Source: Mycolicibacterium smegmatis
GTDB lineage: Bacteria > Actinomycetota > Actinomycetes > Mycobacteriales > Mycobacteriaceae
Assembly: GCF_001457595.1 (NCBI RefSeq)
Contig: NZ_LN831039.1
Coordinates: 3,960,001 to 3,992,000 of the forward strand
Direction: 5' to 3'
DNA: 32,000 nucleotides
A program made the position numbers and the translations under genes. The notes below the pieces were generated by a model, which saw only the letters and a program-made list of their open reading frames with translations, was not told the DNA's origin and did not search any database. This document shows, in pieces, positions 1 through 9,425 of this stretch (its first letter is position 1; each line of letters starts with the position of its first letter).

Positions 1-337
1 CCGCCGTGTCGCTCAGCGAGACCAGGGCCTCGAGCAGCACCTCATCCCCTTGCCGGGCAATCACGCGACGGGTCGACAGCATCCCGCCGTCGCGCATGTT
101 CATCACCTGCATCTCCACCGGGTACCGCGCGTCGCCGGCCCGTAGCAGATAGACGTGCAGGCTGTTGGGAACCCGCCCGGCCGCGGTGCGGCTCGCCGCC
201 ATCAGGGCCTGGGCAGATATGTGGCCACCGATGATGTGGTGCGCCTCGTTGTCGATCTGGGTCGCGACGAACATGTCGTGACCACAGTCGGTGATGTCGA
301 GCGTCGCCAGGACGTCAGCTAATTGCGGCAAGGGCAC
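1..337 (-). CDS. TesB-like acyl-CoA thioesterase II, N-terminal part (continues beyond the left edge)
   Basis: Not in the ORF track. Manual reverse-strand translation gives ...VPLPQLADVLATLDITDCGHDMFVATQIDNEAHHIIGGHISAQALMAASRTAAGRVPNSLHVYLLRAGDARYPVEMQVMNMRDGGMLSTRRVIARQGDEVLLEALVSLSDTA, typical of a TesB hotdog domain. Start GTG at 337 is tentative. Confidence 0.75.
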   Translation of the reverse strand, partial: MPLPQLADVLATLDITDCGHDMFVATQIDNEAHHIIGGHISAQALMAASRTAAGRVPNSLHVYLLRAGDARYPVEMQVMNMRDGGMLSTRRVIARQGDEVLLEALVSLSDTA

Positions 338-700
338 TGCAGCATTATTCGGGTCATGCCCGCGTGGTGCGCGGCGGGGTCTCCGTGCGCTCGATCGTCC
401 AGCAATCGCAGCATGGTCAGGGCCATGCCGTCGCGCACCAGCCGGCGCGGTTCGGTCAGGTCGAAGCCCAGCTTTGCGCCGAGGTGTTCGACCCGGCGCG
501 CGACGCTGCGCGGGGCGTTTCGGCTGTTTCTGCCTGACGAGCAGACCGGTGTGTCGGAGGATCCGGTACCGGTGCACTCGGGAACGGCTGCGGTCATCCC
601 GCGGGGTCGGCGGCATCGGATCGAAGTCGACGAACCCTGCGAGATCCTGGCCTTCACGGCCAGACCGGGAACGCGGTTGGCGAAGCTCGGGGCATGAATG
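338..700. pseudogene. Possible decayed remnants: PucR-like C-terminal helix-turn-helix (- strand, about 337-530) and cupin-like C-terminus (+ strand, about 530-700)
   Basis: - strand: RSVARRVEHLGAKLGFDLTEPRRLVRDGMALTMLRLLDD with very high GC3. + strand: LFLPDEQTGVSEDPVPVHSGTAAVIPRGRRHRIEVDEPCEILAFTARPG. Neither has a plausible N-terminal domain. Confidence 0.35.
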
Positions 701-747
701 ACGAACGCTCTCCTGCGAGCATGCCGCAGGAGAGCGTTCGTCTGTCG

Positions 748-818
748 AGCGAGTGACGGGACTCGAACCCGTGTAGACGGCTTTGCAGGCCGCTGCCTAG
801 CCACTCAGCCACACCCGC
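748..818 (-). tRNA. tRNA-Cys (GCA)
   Basis: Reverse complement GCGGGTG...CTGCAAA...GGTTCGAGTCC...CACTCGC-T. Seven-pair acceptor stem with one G-U, anticodon GCA, T-loop GTTCGAGTC, discriminator U, CCA not encoded. Confidence 0.93.
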
Positions 819-1029
819 AGCATGTCTCACCTTGCCTGTGAACGTTCAAGTGCTCCAGCGTTTGGATCGCCGTGATTGCATCTCGCGCCGGTGACTGGCG
901 CACGCTCGCGGTCGCCGAGCGTTCGCCGAGTGCTGACGAAATGCGGTGTGTCGGGGTGCAGACGCGCACGGTCGCGGTGCAGAGTGACGCTTCGCACTTG
1001 CTCGCTCACTCAGTCACTCACTCACTTAC

Positions 1030-2415
1030 TCAGCGGACGGCGCGGATCGAGGCGAGGGTGCCTGCGACGGCGAGGACGGCGAAGGCCGCGAACAGCCAGG
1101 TGGCGGACGAGGGGTTGCCGACGTTGACGAGATTGACCACCACACCGGCCAATCCGGCGCCGAAGGCACCGCAGATCAACTGGACCGTGTTGATCGCGGC
1201 GGCGGCAGCGGGGCCCTCGGCGGGATCGTCGACGCTGCTCATCGCCCACGCCGACAGGTGTGGCCAGGCGATGCCGATGCCTGCGCCGGTGACCAGCAGC
1301 GCGAGGGCCCACAGCACCACGAGCCAGACCGGCATGCCGTTGCGCACCAGCACGGCACCCGCCGCCAGGCCCAGCGCCATCACCAGCGGGGCGACGGCGA
1401 CCATGCGCCGGATGACCTTGCGGTTCTGCAGTGAGGCGCTTGCGATCTCGCCGAACGTCCACCCGACCGAGAGCACCGCGCCGAAGAACCCGGCCACCAC
1501 GGGCGTCATGTGCGCCAGCCGCTGACCGAACAACGGCACGTACATGTCGACCATCGTGGCGGCCATCAGCACACCCAGGCTCATGTAGATCCACTTGAGT
1601 GGGCCAGGCCCGAATGTGCTGGGCGGCAGGACCGATGCGCCCGCGCGCCGGTCGACGACGATGAATGCCACCACGAGAGCGACACCGACGAGCAGCAGGG
1701 CGGCCGTGCCGCGCGGATCGTGCGGGATGCCCGCGACACTGACCGCCATGGCCGCGGATCCGAGCAGTACCAGCGACCACACCGGAATCCCCGGCGGCAC
1801 AAGGGTATCGCTCCCCCGCCCGGGCAGTGCGAGGGGAACCAGCACGGCCATCGCCGCGGTGAGGATCACCAGCACGCCGAACGCCCACCGCCACGAACCG
1901 TACTGCGCGAACAGACCGCCGGATGCCGGGCCGACCACGGTGCCGACACCCCACATCGCGGACACCAGCGCAGATGCCTTGGTCCACAACGTGTTCGGCA
2001 ATGCGGTGTTGATGACGGCGTACCCCAGCCCGGCGAGCAGGCCGCCCGCGAAGCCCTGCACGAGCCGTCCCGCGAGCAGCAACTGCATGCTGGGCGCCAG
2101 CGCACACCCGAGGCTGCCCGCGCCGAACACCGTGAGCGCCACCAGATATGCCACGCGCGGGCCGAGGCGCATCAGCACCGAGTGCACGGTGGTCGCGGCG
2201 ACCACAGAAGCGACCAGATACACCGTCGTCACCCACGCGTAGAACCGTTGACCGCCGATGTCGGCCACCGCGCTCGGCAGCAGGCTGATGGTCAGGAACT
2301 CGTTGGTGGCATACAGCAGCACACCGCCGGCGAGAACGGTCGAGGCCCCGAGATACCGCCGGCCGAGAAGCTGCCGCCAAGTCCCTGCGGCCTCGGCCGC
2401 CGCGGTTTCAGTCAC
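1030..2415 (-). CDS. MFS-family transporter (EmrB/QacA-type; positional equivalent of M. tuberculosis Rv1634)
   Basis: 461-aa polytopic protein with MFS signature regions (LPSAVADIGG, GRLVQGFAGGLLAGLGYAVI). GTG start. Located next to uvrB. Confidence 0.85.
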   Translation of the reverse strand: MTETAAAEAAGTWRQLLGRRYLGASTVLAGGVLLYATNEFLTISLLPSAVADIGGQRFYAWVTTVYLVASVVAATTVHSVLMRLGPRVAYLVALTVFGAGSLGCALAPSMQLLLAGRLVQGFAGGLLAGLGYAVINTALPNTLWTKASALVSAMWGVGTVVGPASGGLFAQYGSWRWAFGVLVILTAAMAVLVPLALPGRGSDTLVPPGIPVWSLVLLGSAAMAVSVAGIPHDPRGTAALLLVGVALVVAFIVVDRRAGASVLPPSTFGPGPLKWIYMSLGVLMAATMVDMYVPLFGQRLAHMTPVVAGFFGAVLSVGWTFGEIASASLQNRKVIRRMVAVAPLVMALGLAAGAVLVRNGMPVWLVVLWALALLVTGAGIGIAWPHLSAWAMSSVDDPAEGPAAAAAINTVQLICGAFGAGLAGVVVNLVNVGNPSSATWLFAAFAVLAVAGTLASIRAVR

Positions 2416-2459
2416 GACGACACGCTAGAAGGTCAACCGCCGTTGAGGTCAAGACCGGG

Positions 2460-4619
2460 TCATCTCAGCCCGGCGGCATCCATCCCGCGCAGTTCCTTCT
2501 TCAGGTCGGCGATCTCGTCTCGGATGCGTGCCGCGAGCTCGAACTGCAGGTCCCGCGCGGCAACCATCATCTGGTCGGTGAGCTCCTTGATGAGGTCGGC
2601 CAACTCGGCGCGTGGCATGTTCGAGGTGTCCTTGCCCTCGACGATGCCCGCGCTGACCGCCCGGCCCGGCTCGCCCTGCGCGCGACGACCACGCGACGAG
2701 TTGCGCCCCGATCCACCGATCTCGACCGACTCAGTGTCGTCGGCCTCGCGGTAGACCTGGTCGAGGATGTCGGCGATCTTCTTGCGCAAAGGCTTCGGGT
2801 CGATGCCGTTGGCCTCGTTGTAGGCGATCTGCTTGGCGCGACGACGCTCGGTCTCGTCGATGGCCTCACGCATCGAGTCGGTGATCTTGTCCGCGTACAT
2901 GTGGACCTCACCGGAGACGTTGCGGGCCGCGCGGCCGATGGTCTGGATCAGGCTGCGCGTGGACCGCAGGAAGCCCTCCTTGTCGGCGTCGAGGATCGAC
3001 ACCAGCGACACCTCGGGCAGGTCGAGGCCCTCGCGCAGCAGGTTGATGCCCACCAGCACGTCGTACTCACCGAGCCGCAGCTGCCGCAGCAGTTCCACGC
3101 GGCGCAGCGTGTCGACCTCGGAGTGCAGGTACCGGACCCGGATGCCCATCTCGAGCAGGTAATCGGTGAGGTCCTCGGCCATCTTCTTGGTCAGCGTCGT
3201 GACCAGCACGCGCTCGTCACGCTCGGTGCGGGTGCGGATCTCGCCGATGAGGTCGTCGATCTGGCCCTTGGTGGGCTTCACGACGACCTTGGGGTCGACC
3301 AGGCCGGTCGGGCGGATGACCTGCTCGACGAACTCGCCGCCGGCCTGACTGATCTCGTACGGCCCCGGTGTCGCCGACAGGTACACCGTCTGCCCGATCC
3401 GCTCGGCGAACTCCTCCCACGTCAGCGGACGGTTGTCGACCGCGGACGGCAGCCGGAAGCCGAAGTCCACCAGGTTGCGCTTGCGCGACATGTCGCCCTC
3501 GTACATACCGCCGATCTGCGGCACCGTCACGTGCGACTCGTCGATGACCAGCAGGAAGTCCTCGGGGAAGTAGTCCAGCAGCGTGGCCGGTGCCGACCCG
3601 GCGGGCCTGCCGTCGATGTGGCGCGAGTAGTTCTCGATGCCCGAGCAGAACCCGACCTGGCGCATCATCTCGACGTCGTAGTTGGTGCGCATGCGCAACC
3701 GCTGCGCCTCCAGCAGCTTGCCCTGGTTCTCCAGCTCGGCCAGACGCTCCTCGAGCTCCTTCTCGATGGACTCGATCGCCGCCGCCATCCGCTCCGGACC
3801 GGCAACGTAGTGCGTGGCCGGGAAGATCCGCAGTGACTCGACCTGACTGACGACGTCGCCGGTGAGCGGGTGCAGGTAGTACAGCGCCTCGATCTCGTCG
3901 CCGAAGAACTCGATGCGCACCGCGAGTTCCTCGTACGACGGGATGATCTCCACGGTGTCGCCGCGCACACGGAACGTGCCACGCGTGAACGCCACGTCGT
4001 TGCGGTTGTACTGCACGTCCACCAGCAGTCTGAGCAGCCCGTCGCGCGGCACCTCCTGACCCACCTGCAACTCGACCGAACGGTCCAGATACGACTGCGG
4101 CGTGCCCAGGCCGTAGATGCACGACACCGACGCGACCACCACGACATCGCGGCGCGACAGCAGACTCGACGTCGCCGAGTGCCGCAATCGCTCGACGTCG
4201 TCGTTGATCGAGCTGTCCTTCTCGATGTAGGTGTCGGTCTGCGCGATGTACGCCTCGGGTTGGTAGTAGTCGTAATACGAGACGAAGTACTCGACGGCGT
4301 TGTGCGGAAGCATCTCCCGCAGCTCGTTGGCCAGCTGCGCGGCCAGCGTCTTGTTGGGCGCCATCACGAGGGTGGGCCGCTGCAACCGCTCGATGAGCCA
4401 CGCGGTGGTGGCCGATTTACCCGTACCGGTGGCGCCGAGCAACACCACGTCACGCTCGCCCGCGCGGATGCGGCGTTCCAGCTCGTCGATGGCCGCGGGC
4501 TGATCACCCGCGGGCGCGTAGGGGCTGACGACCTCGAAGGGTTTGCCGGTGCGGACGATCTCGTCGACGGCCCGGTACTCCGAATGTGCGAGCACAGGAT
4601 GTTCGGTCGCGAAGGCCAT
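2460..4619 (-). CDS. uvrB: Excinuclease ABC subunit B
   Basis: GATGTGKS Walker [35 protein letters not shown]-terminal UVR motif. Start set at [17 protein letters not shown] (ATG 4619) rather than the 4688 ORF start. Confidence 0.97.
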   Translation of the reverse strand: MAFATEHPVLAHSEYRAVDEIVRTGKPFEVVSPYAPAGDQPAAIDELERRIRAGERDVVLLGATGTGKSATTAWLIERLQRPTLVMAPNKTLAAQLANELREMLPHNAVEYFVSYYDYYQPEAYIAQTDTYIEKDSSINDDVERLRHSATSSLLSRRDVVVVASVSCIYGLGTPQSYLDRSVELQVGQEVPRDGLLRLLVDVQYNRNDVAFTRGTFRVRGDTVEIIPSYEELAVRIEFFGDEIEALYYLHPLTGDVVSQVESLRIFPATHYVAGPERMAAAIESIEKELEERLAELENQGKLLEAQRLRMRTNYDVEMMRQVGFCSGIENYSRHIDGRPAGSAPATLLDYFPEDFLLVIDESHVTVPQIGGMYEGDMSRKRNLVDFGFRLPSAVDNRPLTWEEFAERIGQTVYLSATPGPYEISQAGGEFVEQVIRPTGLVDPKVVVKPTKGQIDDLIGEIRTRTERDERVLVTTLTKKMAEDLTDYLLEMGIRVRYLHSEVDTLRRVELLRQLRLGEYDVLVGINLLREGLDLPEVSLVSILDADKEGFLRSTRSLIQTIGRAARNVSGEVHMYADKITDSMREAIDETERRRAKQIAYNEANGIDPKPLRKKIADILDQVYREADDTESVEIGGSGRNSSRGRRAQGEPGRAVSAGIVEGKDTSNMPRAELADLIKELTDQMMVAARDLQFELAARIRDEIADLKKELRGMDAAGLR

Positions 4620-4626
4620 GTTCACC

Positions 4627-4649
4627 AGGGTAGAACTGCGCACCGACAA
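4627..4649 (-). promoter_or_regulatory. PafBC-dependent (RecA-NDp type) promoter of uvrB
   Basis: - strand TTGTCGGTG (4641-4649), 8 nt, TACCCT (4627-4632). Exact match to TTGTCRGTG-N8-TAnnnT. Confidence 0.85.
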
Positions 4650-4686
4650 GTTCCGATGATGTTCACCCACCGCGTAGGCTGACGCC

Positions 4687-5193
4687 ATTCACGCGCCGAA
4701 ACACGAGACATTCGACCTGGTAGCCCGCACGAACACCGATCCGAAGGGAGTCGTGCGGGCCGTCGACGTCTACACCGTCGAGCCGTGGGGCCTCTACATG
4801 GCGCGTCCGACACCGGGACGTGCGCAGTTCCACTACCTGCAGTCCTGGCTGCTGCCCTCGCTCGGGCTGCGCGCGACGATCTTCCACTTCAATCCCGGTC
4901 ACGAGCGTGATCAGGACTTCTACCTCGACGTCGGCCACTACACGCCCGGCGAGACCAGGTGGCATTCCGAGGATCACTACCTCGACCTGGTGGTTCGCAC
5001 CGGCCGAGGCGTCGAGCTGTGCGATGTCGACGAGCTGTTGACGGCCGTTCGGGCGGGCCTGTTGCCGCAGGAGGCCGGCGAGCAGGCCATGCAGACCGCG
5101 GCCGCCGCGATCGACGGTCTGGCCCGCCACGACTACGACCTGGACCGCTGGCTGACGACAAAGGGCATGGCCCTGAGCTGGCGCGCAGCGTAA
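4687..5193 (+). CDS. DUF402-domain protein (Rv1632c-like)
   Basis: [20 protein letters not shown]...[27 protein letters not shown]. Frame is open and protein-like upstream of the track start (GTG 4753): [29 protein letters not shown], beginning at ATT 4687. Confidence 0.8.
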   Translation: MHAPKHETFDLVARTNTDPKGVVRAVDVYTVEPWGLYMARPTPGRAQFHYLQSWLLPSLGLRATIFHFNPGHERDQDFYLDVGHYTPGETRWHSEDHYLDLVVRTGRGVELCDVDELLTAVRAGLLPQEAGEQAMQTAAAAIDGLARHDYDLDRWLTTKGMALSWRAA

Positions 5194-5204
5194 GGTCACT
5201 TTTC

Positions 5205-5786
5205 ATGAGCTCGACTAAGTACGCATGGGCGACGTCCGCCGTGCTTGCGGGGCTGCTCATCGGTGCGCAGATCGCCCCCGCCACGGCACTGGCCGATCCC
5301 CCGGTCGAACCCGCTGTCGACCCGGCGGCGCCACCCCAGGTGGAGGGACAGACGGGTCCGCTGCACAACGTCACCTACCGGGCCCGCATCGACGGGGTGT
5401 CGCGCAACGCGACCATCGCCTACAAGATCGACGACAGCAACGTCAACACCGCCGATCCGACGATGCTGCCGGGCCGCACGTTCGAGGCCACCGGTGTCGT
5501 GACCGACCCCCAACTCGCGGGGATGACCGTCCGTATCGACTGGCCGTACTCGGCCAACCTGCACTGCGAGATCCTTGTAGACGACCAGGTGATCGCGCAG
5601 GCCGACACGTTCGTCGCACCCCGGCTCACGCGGCCCAAGAACGATCCCGGCTACGGCAGCCTGCTGTGCGGCGCCAACCTCGCCGACGGCACCGGCAACG
5701 TCATCAACACCGGGCCCGTCGAGCCCGTCGAACCTGTGGCCCCGGCCGAGCCGCCGCCACCTCCCCCGGCCCAGAACGCGGCCTAG
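5205..5786 (+). CDS. Secreted or exported hypothetical protein with proline-rich C-terminus
   Basis: MSSTKYAWATSAVLAGLLIGAQIAPATALA|DPP is a Sec-type signal peptide with an A-x-A site. C-terminus VEPVEPVAPAEPPPPPPAQNAA. Confidence 0.75.
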   Translation: MSSTKYAWATSAVLAGLLIGAQIAPATALADPPVEPAVDPAAPPQVEGQTGPLHNVTYRARIDGVSRNATIAYKIDDSNVNTADPTMLPGRTFEATGVVTDPQLAGMTVRIDWPYSANLHCEILVDDQVIAQADTFVAPRLTRPKNDPGYGSLLCGANLADGTGNVINTGPVEPVEPVAPAEPPPPPPAQNAA

Positions 5787-6745
5787 AACACCGACCAGCC
5801 GGCCAACCGCGCGAACTCCTCGATCGCGGCGACGCCACCTGCGGAGTTCCCGTCGTCGTCGAGCGGCGGGCTCCACACGCACACCGTGCCGTGACCGGGC
5901 ATCACGGCCAGCACGCCGCCGCCGATGCCACTCTTGGCGGGCAGCCCGATGCGGTACGCGATGTCGCCGGCCGCGCCGTACATCCCCGAGGTCAACAGCA
6001 CCGCGTTGACCCGGCGCACGCTGTCGTCGTCCAGGACGGTCCGCTCCCCGGTCCGGTCGGCGAGAAACAGTGCCGCGCGTGCGATCGTGCGCACCGACGC
6101 CGCGATCGCGCACTGTGCGAAGTACTGCGGCAGCACCCGGTCGATGTCGTTGACCAGCCTGCCGTGCTCGGCCAGGACGTGCGCGATGGCCGAATTGCGG
6201 TGGTCGGCTTCGCTTTCCGAGAGCGCCACCGCTGGGTCGGAGCGCACGGGAGCGTCCGGGTCACCCGCCTGCAGCACCTCGATCGTCGCGCCGACGGCAT
6301 CGCCGGCATGCGTCATGAGCCGGTCGGTGACGACGAGGGCGCCGGAGTTCACGAACGGATTGCGCGGCCGCCAGTGGTTGCGCTCCAGATCGGCCACCGA
6401 CCCGTACCCCGCGTCGGTGGGCACCCATCCCACGTCGGTCCAGACATCCGGTTCGTGCCGCAGCAGCGCGCACAGCGCGAACAGCTTGGACAGGCTCTGG
6501 ATGGAGAAGGCCGTGGACGCCTCGCCGATGCAGGCCTCGGCGCCGTCGACGGTGGCGACGGCCATCGCGAACCGCGTGGCGGGCACCGCGGCGAGTGCGG
6601 GTATCTGGCGGCTCACCATCCCGCGCAGCGCGGCGCGGCGGCCGCGCAACTCCGCCGCTCGCAGATACTCGTGCATCTGCTCGCCGGCCACCGGCGCAAA
6701 CGGCATACGCGTACCTGGCAAGACAACCTCCTCGGGGAATGTCAA
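5783..6745 (-). CDS. glsA: Glutaminase (beta-lactamase-fold, GlsA/YbaS type)
   Basis: SIQSLSKLFAL, ERNHWRPRNPFVNSGALVVTD and GLPAKSGIGGGVLAVMPG are typical of glutaminase. TTG start at 6745 or, with a better RBS (GGAGG), TTG at 6721. Confidence 0.9.
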   Translation of the reverse strand: MTFPEEVVLPGTRMPFAPVAGEQMHEYLRAAELRGRRAALRGMVSRQIPALAAVPATRFAMAVATVDGAEACIGEASTAFSIQSLSKLFALCALLRHEPDVWTDVGWVPTDAGYGSVADLERNHWRPRNPFVNSGALVVTDRLMTHAGDAVGATIEVLQAGDPDAPVRSDPAVALSESEADHRNSAIAHVLAEHGRLVNDIDRVLPQYFAQCAIAASVRTIARAALFLADRTGERTVLDDDSVRRVNAVLLTSGMYGAAGDIAYRIGLPAKSGIGGGVLAVMPGHGTVCVWSPPLDDDGNSAGGVAAIEEFARLAGWSVF

Positions 6746-6766
6746 GAGTTTAGGCGAAAATATCCA

Positions 6767-6777
6767 GTCTTTAGACC
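6767..6777 (+). promoter_or_regulatory. Candidate operator box GTCTTTAGACC (copy 1), within TCTTTAGACCAAA
   Basis: Identical 11-mer recurs at 6850-6860 in the same glsA/permease intergenic region. TAGACCAAA is shared with other promoter regions of the cluster. Confidence 0.5.
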
Positions 6778-6849
6778 AAACCGCTGCGAGCCGAAAGATG
6801 CTCGTGTAAACGTTGTGTCACGCGTCGACAGTTTAGGTTTATGGGTCTT

Positions 6850-6860
6850 GTCTTTAGACC
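6850..6860 (+). promoter_or_regulatory. Candidate operator box GTCTTTAGACC (copy 2)
   Basis: Exact repeat of 6767-6777, 83 bp away, about 40 bp upstream of the permease start. Confidence 0.5.
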
Positions 6861-6899
6861 TTTTCGCTTCTACGCTCTCGACAACCGAATGAAAGGCAG

Positions 6900-8441
6900 G
6901 TGGCGATGGCAGTTGAATTCGACCAGGGCACGGGGGCGGGAAGTACTGCGCCCCGTGACAATTCGGCCACCCTGAAACGTGGTGCGATCGGTCTTGCCGG
7001 CGTCGTGTTCATGGTGGTGGCCTTCTCGGCGCCGATAACGGCGATGACCGGCAACCTGCCGGTGGCCGTGGGCTTCGGCAACGGACTCGGTGCGCCGGGC
7101 GGATTCCTCATCGCAACCGTCGTCCTGACCATCTTCAGCATCGGCTTCGTGGCGCTGGCCCGCCACATCACCGCGGCCGGGGCGTTCTACACGTTCGTCT
7201 CACGCGCGTGGTCACGAATTCCCGGCCTGGCCGCAGGTGTCATGCCGGCCTTCACCTACATGACCATGGAAGCCGGACTCGTCGGCATCTTCTCGGCGTT
7301 CGCCGATCAGGCCTTCTCGATGCAGTTCGGCATCGATCTGCCGTGGGAGGTCTACGCGGTGATCGGCCTGGTCGCCATCGCGGCGCTGTCGCACTTCGAC
7401 ATCTCGGTGGCAGCCAAGGTGCTCGGCGTGGTGCTGGTCGCCGAGATCATCATGCTGTCGATGACCGCGATCGCGGGCCTGGTCCACCACCCCGACGGCA
7501 TGAGCTTCACATCGCTGAACCCGGTGACCGCGCTGAGCGTCAACAACGTCGCAGGCGGCGTGGTCGGCCTCGGCCTGCTTATGGCGTTCTGGTCGTGGGT
7601 CGGATTCGAGTCGACGGCCATCTACGGCGAGGAGTCGAAGAACCCCAAGCGCATCGTGCCGCTGGCGACGATGATCGCGGTGATCGGTATCGGCGTGTTC
7701 TACACCTTCATCTCGTGGGGCGTCGTCGTCGGCAACGGACCCGACAAGGCGGTCGAACTCGCTTCCGGGCCTGCACCTTTCGACCTGCTGTACGTCCCGA
7801 CCGCGGAGTACCTCGGACCATGGGCGGTGACGGTGTTCGAGTGGCTGGTGGTCGGCGGATCGTTCGCCTGCGCACTGGCGATCCACAACTCGGCCGCGCG
7901 GTACCTGTTCGCGTTCGGACGCGACGGCCTGCTGTGGCACCGCCTCGGTGAGGCCCACCCGAGGCACAGGTCGCCCTGGGTGGCATCGCTGGCCCAGAGC
8001 GCCTTCGCCGCAGTGCTTCTGGTGGTCTGCTCACTGACCAAGTCGGATCCCTACGCCGACCTGTTCGTGCTGGTGGCCATCCTGGCGACACTTCTGCTGC
8101 TGATCGTGCAGACGATGTGCTCGGTCGCGACCGTCGTGTACTTCCACGTCAAGAAGCAGCACCCCGAGACGGCATCATGGTGGCGAACCCTATTGGCCCC
8201 CATCATCGGAGGCGCGGGCATGCTCTACGTCATCTACCTGATGACCTCGAACATGCAGGCCGCGGCCGGCACCGCGTCGGACACCTTGTTCTTCAAGTTG
8301 ATCCCGTACGCGGTGGTCGGACTGACCCTCGGGTCCATGCTGCTGGCGCTGTACTGGCGCAAGGCCCGGCCCGACCTCTACGACCGGATCGGGAGCACGA
8401 TCTTCGACGATCGCGAACCCGTGCGCGAGCCGGCGAACTGA
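6900..8441 (+). CDS. APC-superfamily amino acid/amine permease
   Basis: Polytopic protein, KRGAIGLAGVVFMVVAFSAPITAMTGNLP..., GFESTAIYGEESKNPKRIVPLATMI signature. Start GTG 6900 or ATG 6906. Confidence 0.9.
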   Translation: MAMAVEFDQGTGAGSTAPRDNSATLKRGAIGLAGVVFMVVAFSAPITAMTGNLPVAVGFGNGLGAPGGFLIATVVLTIFSIGFVALARHITAAGAFYTFVSRAWSRIPGLAAGVMPAFTYMTMEAGLVGIFSAFADQAFSMQFGIDLPWEVYAVIGLVAIAALSHFDISVAAKVLGVVLVAEIIMLSMTAIAGLVHHPDGMSFTSLNPVTALSVNNVAGGVVGLGLLMAFWSWVGFESTAIYGEESKNPKRIVPLATMIAVIGIGVFYTFISWGVVVGNGPDKAVELASGPAPFDLLYVPTAEYLGPWAVTVFEWLVVGGSFACALAIHNSAARYLFAFGRDGLLWHRLGEAHPRHRSPWVASLAQSAFAAVLLVVCSLTKSDPYADLFVLVAILATLLLLIVQTMCSVATVVYFHVKKQHPETASWWRTLLAPIIGGAGMLYVIYLMTSNMQAAAGTASDTLFFKLIPYAVVGLTLGSMLLALYWRKARPDLYDRIGSTIFDDREPVREPAN

Positions 8442-8517
8442 CAGGCCGACACATGCCCGCCCGGTGCGATCCACTCCCCCCAGGATCGCACCGGGCGTTC
8501 CATTCGAATGCGAAAGA

Positions 8518-9252
8518 TCAGCGCTTGAGCCAGGACTCGATGGTGTGGCGGGTGTCGTTGATGTGGGCTTCCATACGGGCCGCGGCCAACTCGGGCTCGC
8601 GGTTCTCGATGGCTTCGAGGATCGACTCGTGATAGTCGTTGGCGTTCGGTTCCAGCCTGCCGAAGATCGCGCCGACCGGCAGCCACATCCGCCGGCGCGC
8701 GTCGGCCACCGCGTCCAGCAGGCGATCGTTCTGGGCGGCCTGGGCGATGCCGAGGTGGAACGCCGAGTCCAGCGTCTGAAAGTCGGTGGTGTGCTTGGGC
8801 GACTGGTCGTCCAGCGCGGTCTTGAGCGCCTCGTCCATGCCGTTGAGCAGCTTGTGCAGGTCGTTGAGGTCCGCCGCGCGGCGGCGTTCGGCCGCAAGCC
8901 GTGTCGCGCCGGTCTCGACGACCACCCGGTAGTCGAAGGCGTCGCGGACGGCGCGTTTGTTGCGACGCATCTCGCGGCGCATCTCCACCGGATCGTATTC
9001 CGGTGCCTGCACCGTGAACCCGCCGCCGCGGCCCCGGCGCACCGCGATGAGACCTTCGCGTTCCAGCACGGCCACCGCGGTCCGCACGGTCGTCCTCGAG
9101 ACGTCGAGCATCTCCGAGAGCTCGCGCTCCGTCGGCAGCCTGTCGCCCGGACGGAACTGCCCGAGCTCCAAGGCCCGCCGCATCTGATCCACGACGAGTT
9201 CATGGGCCGGGATCTGCCGGACCGGGACCAAAGCTGGTTTCGCTGCTGTCAT
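8518..9252 (-). CDS. GntR-family (FadR/FCD subfamily) transcriptional regulator
   Basis: FRPGDRLPTERELSEMLDVSRTTVRTAVAVLEREGLIAVRRGRGGGF winged helix plus FCD-type C-terminus. ATG 9252 has RBS AAGGGGG; the track start at 9321 is less likely. Confidence 0.88.
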   Translation of the reverse strand: MTAAKPALVPVRQIPAHELVVDQMRRALELGQFRPGDRLPTERELSEMLDVSRTTVRTAVAVLEREGLIAVRRGRGGGFTVQAPEYDPVEMRREMRRNKRAVRDAFDYRVVVETGATRLAAERRRAADLNDLHKLLNGMDEALKTALDDQSPKHTTDFQTLDSAFHLGIAQAAQNDRLLDAVADARRRMWLPVGAIFGRLEPNANDYHESILEAIENREPELAAARMEAHINDTRHTIESWLKR

Positions 9253-9321
9253 ATACCGGACCCCCTTCAAGTGTGCACAGGCTACCCCATATCCCCTGCT
9301 GAAGACGTATGCCTTGCCCAA

Positions 9322-9330
9322 TAGACCAAA
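9322..9330 (+). promoter_or_regulatory. Candidate operator TAGACCAAA in the gntR/SDR1 divergent promoter region
   Basis: 9-mer identical to 6772-6780 and to the reverse complement of 17716-17724, in an AT-rich island. Confidence 0.45.
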
Positions 9331-9425
9331 GAAAAAAATAAAAGTCCTAAAAACTTGACCTATAGCCCTATTGCGTCGAAACTTGGTGGAGTTCAGCGCA
9401 GCTCACACTTCGAAGGGATCGTGGA

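Noticed and set aside
9322-9350. A-rich stretch as a possible insertion-sequence end or att site
   Set aside because: No terminal inverted repeat, transposase or target duplication visible; better explained as a divergent promoter.
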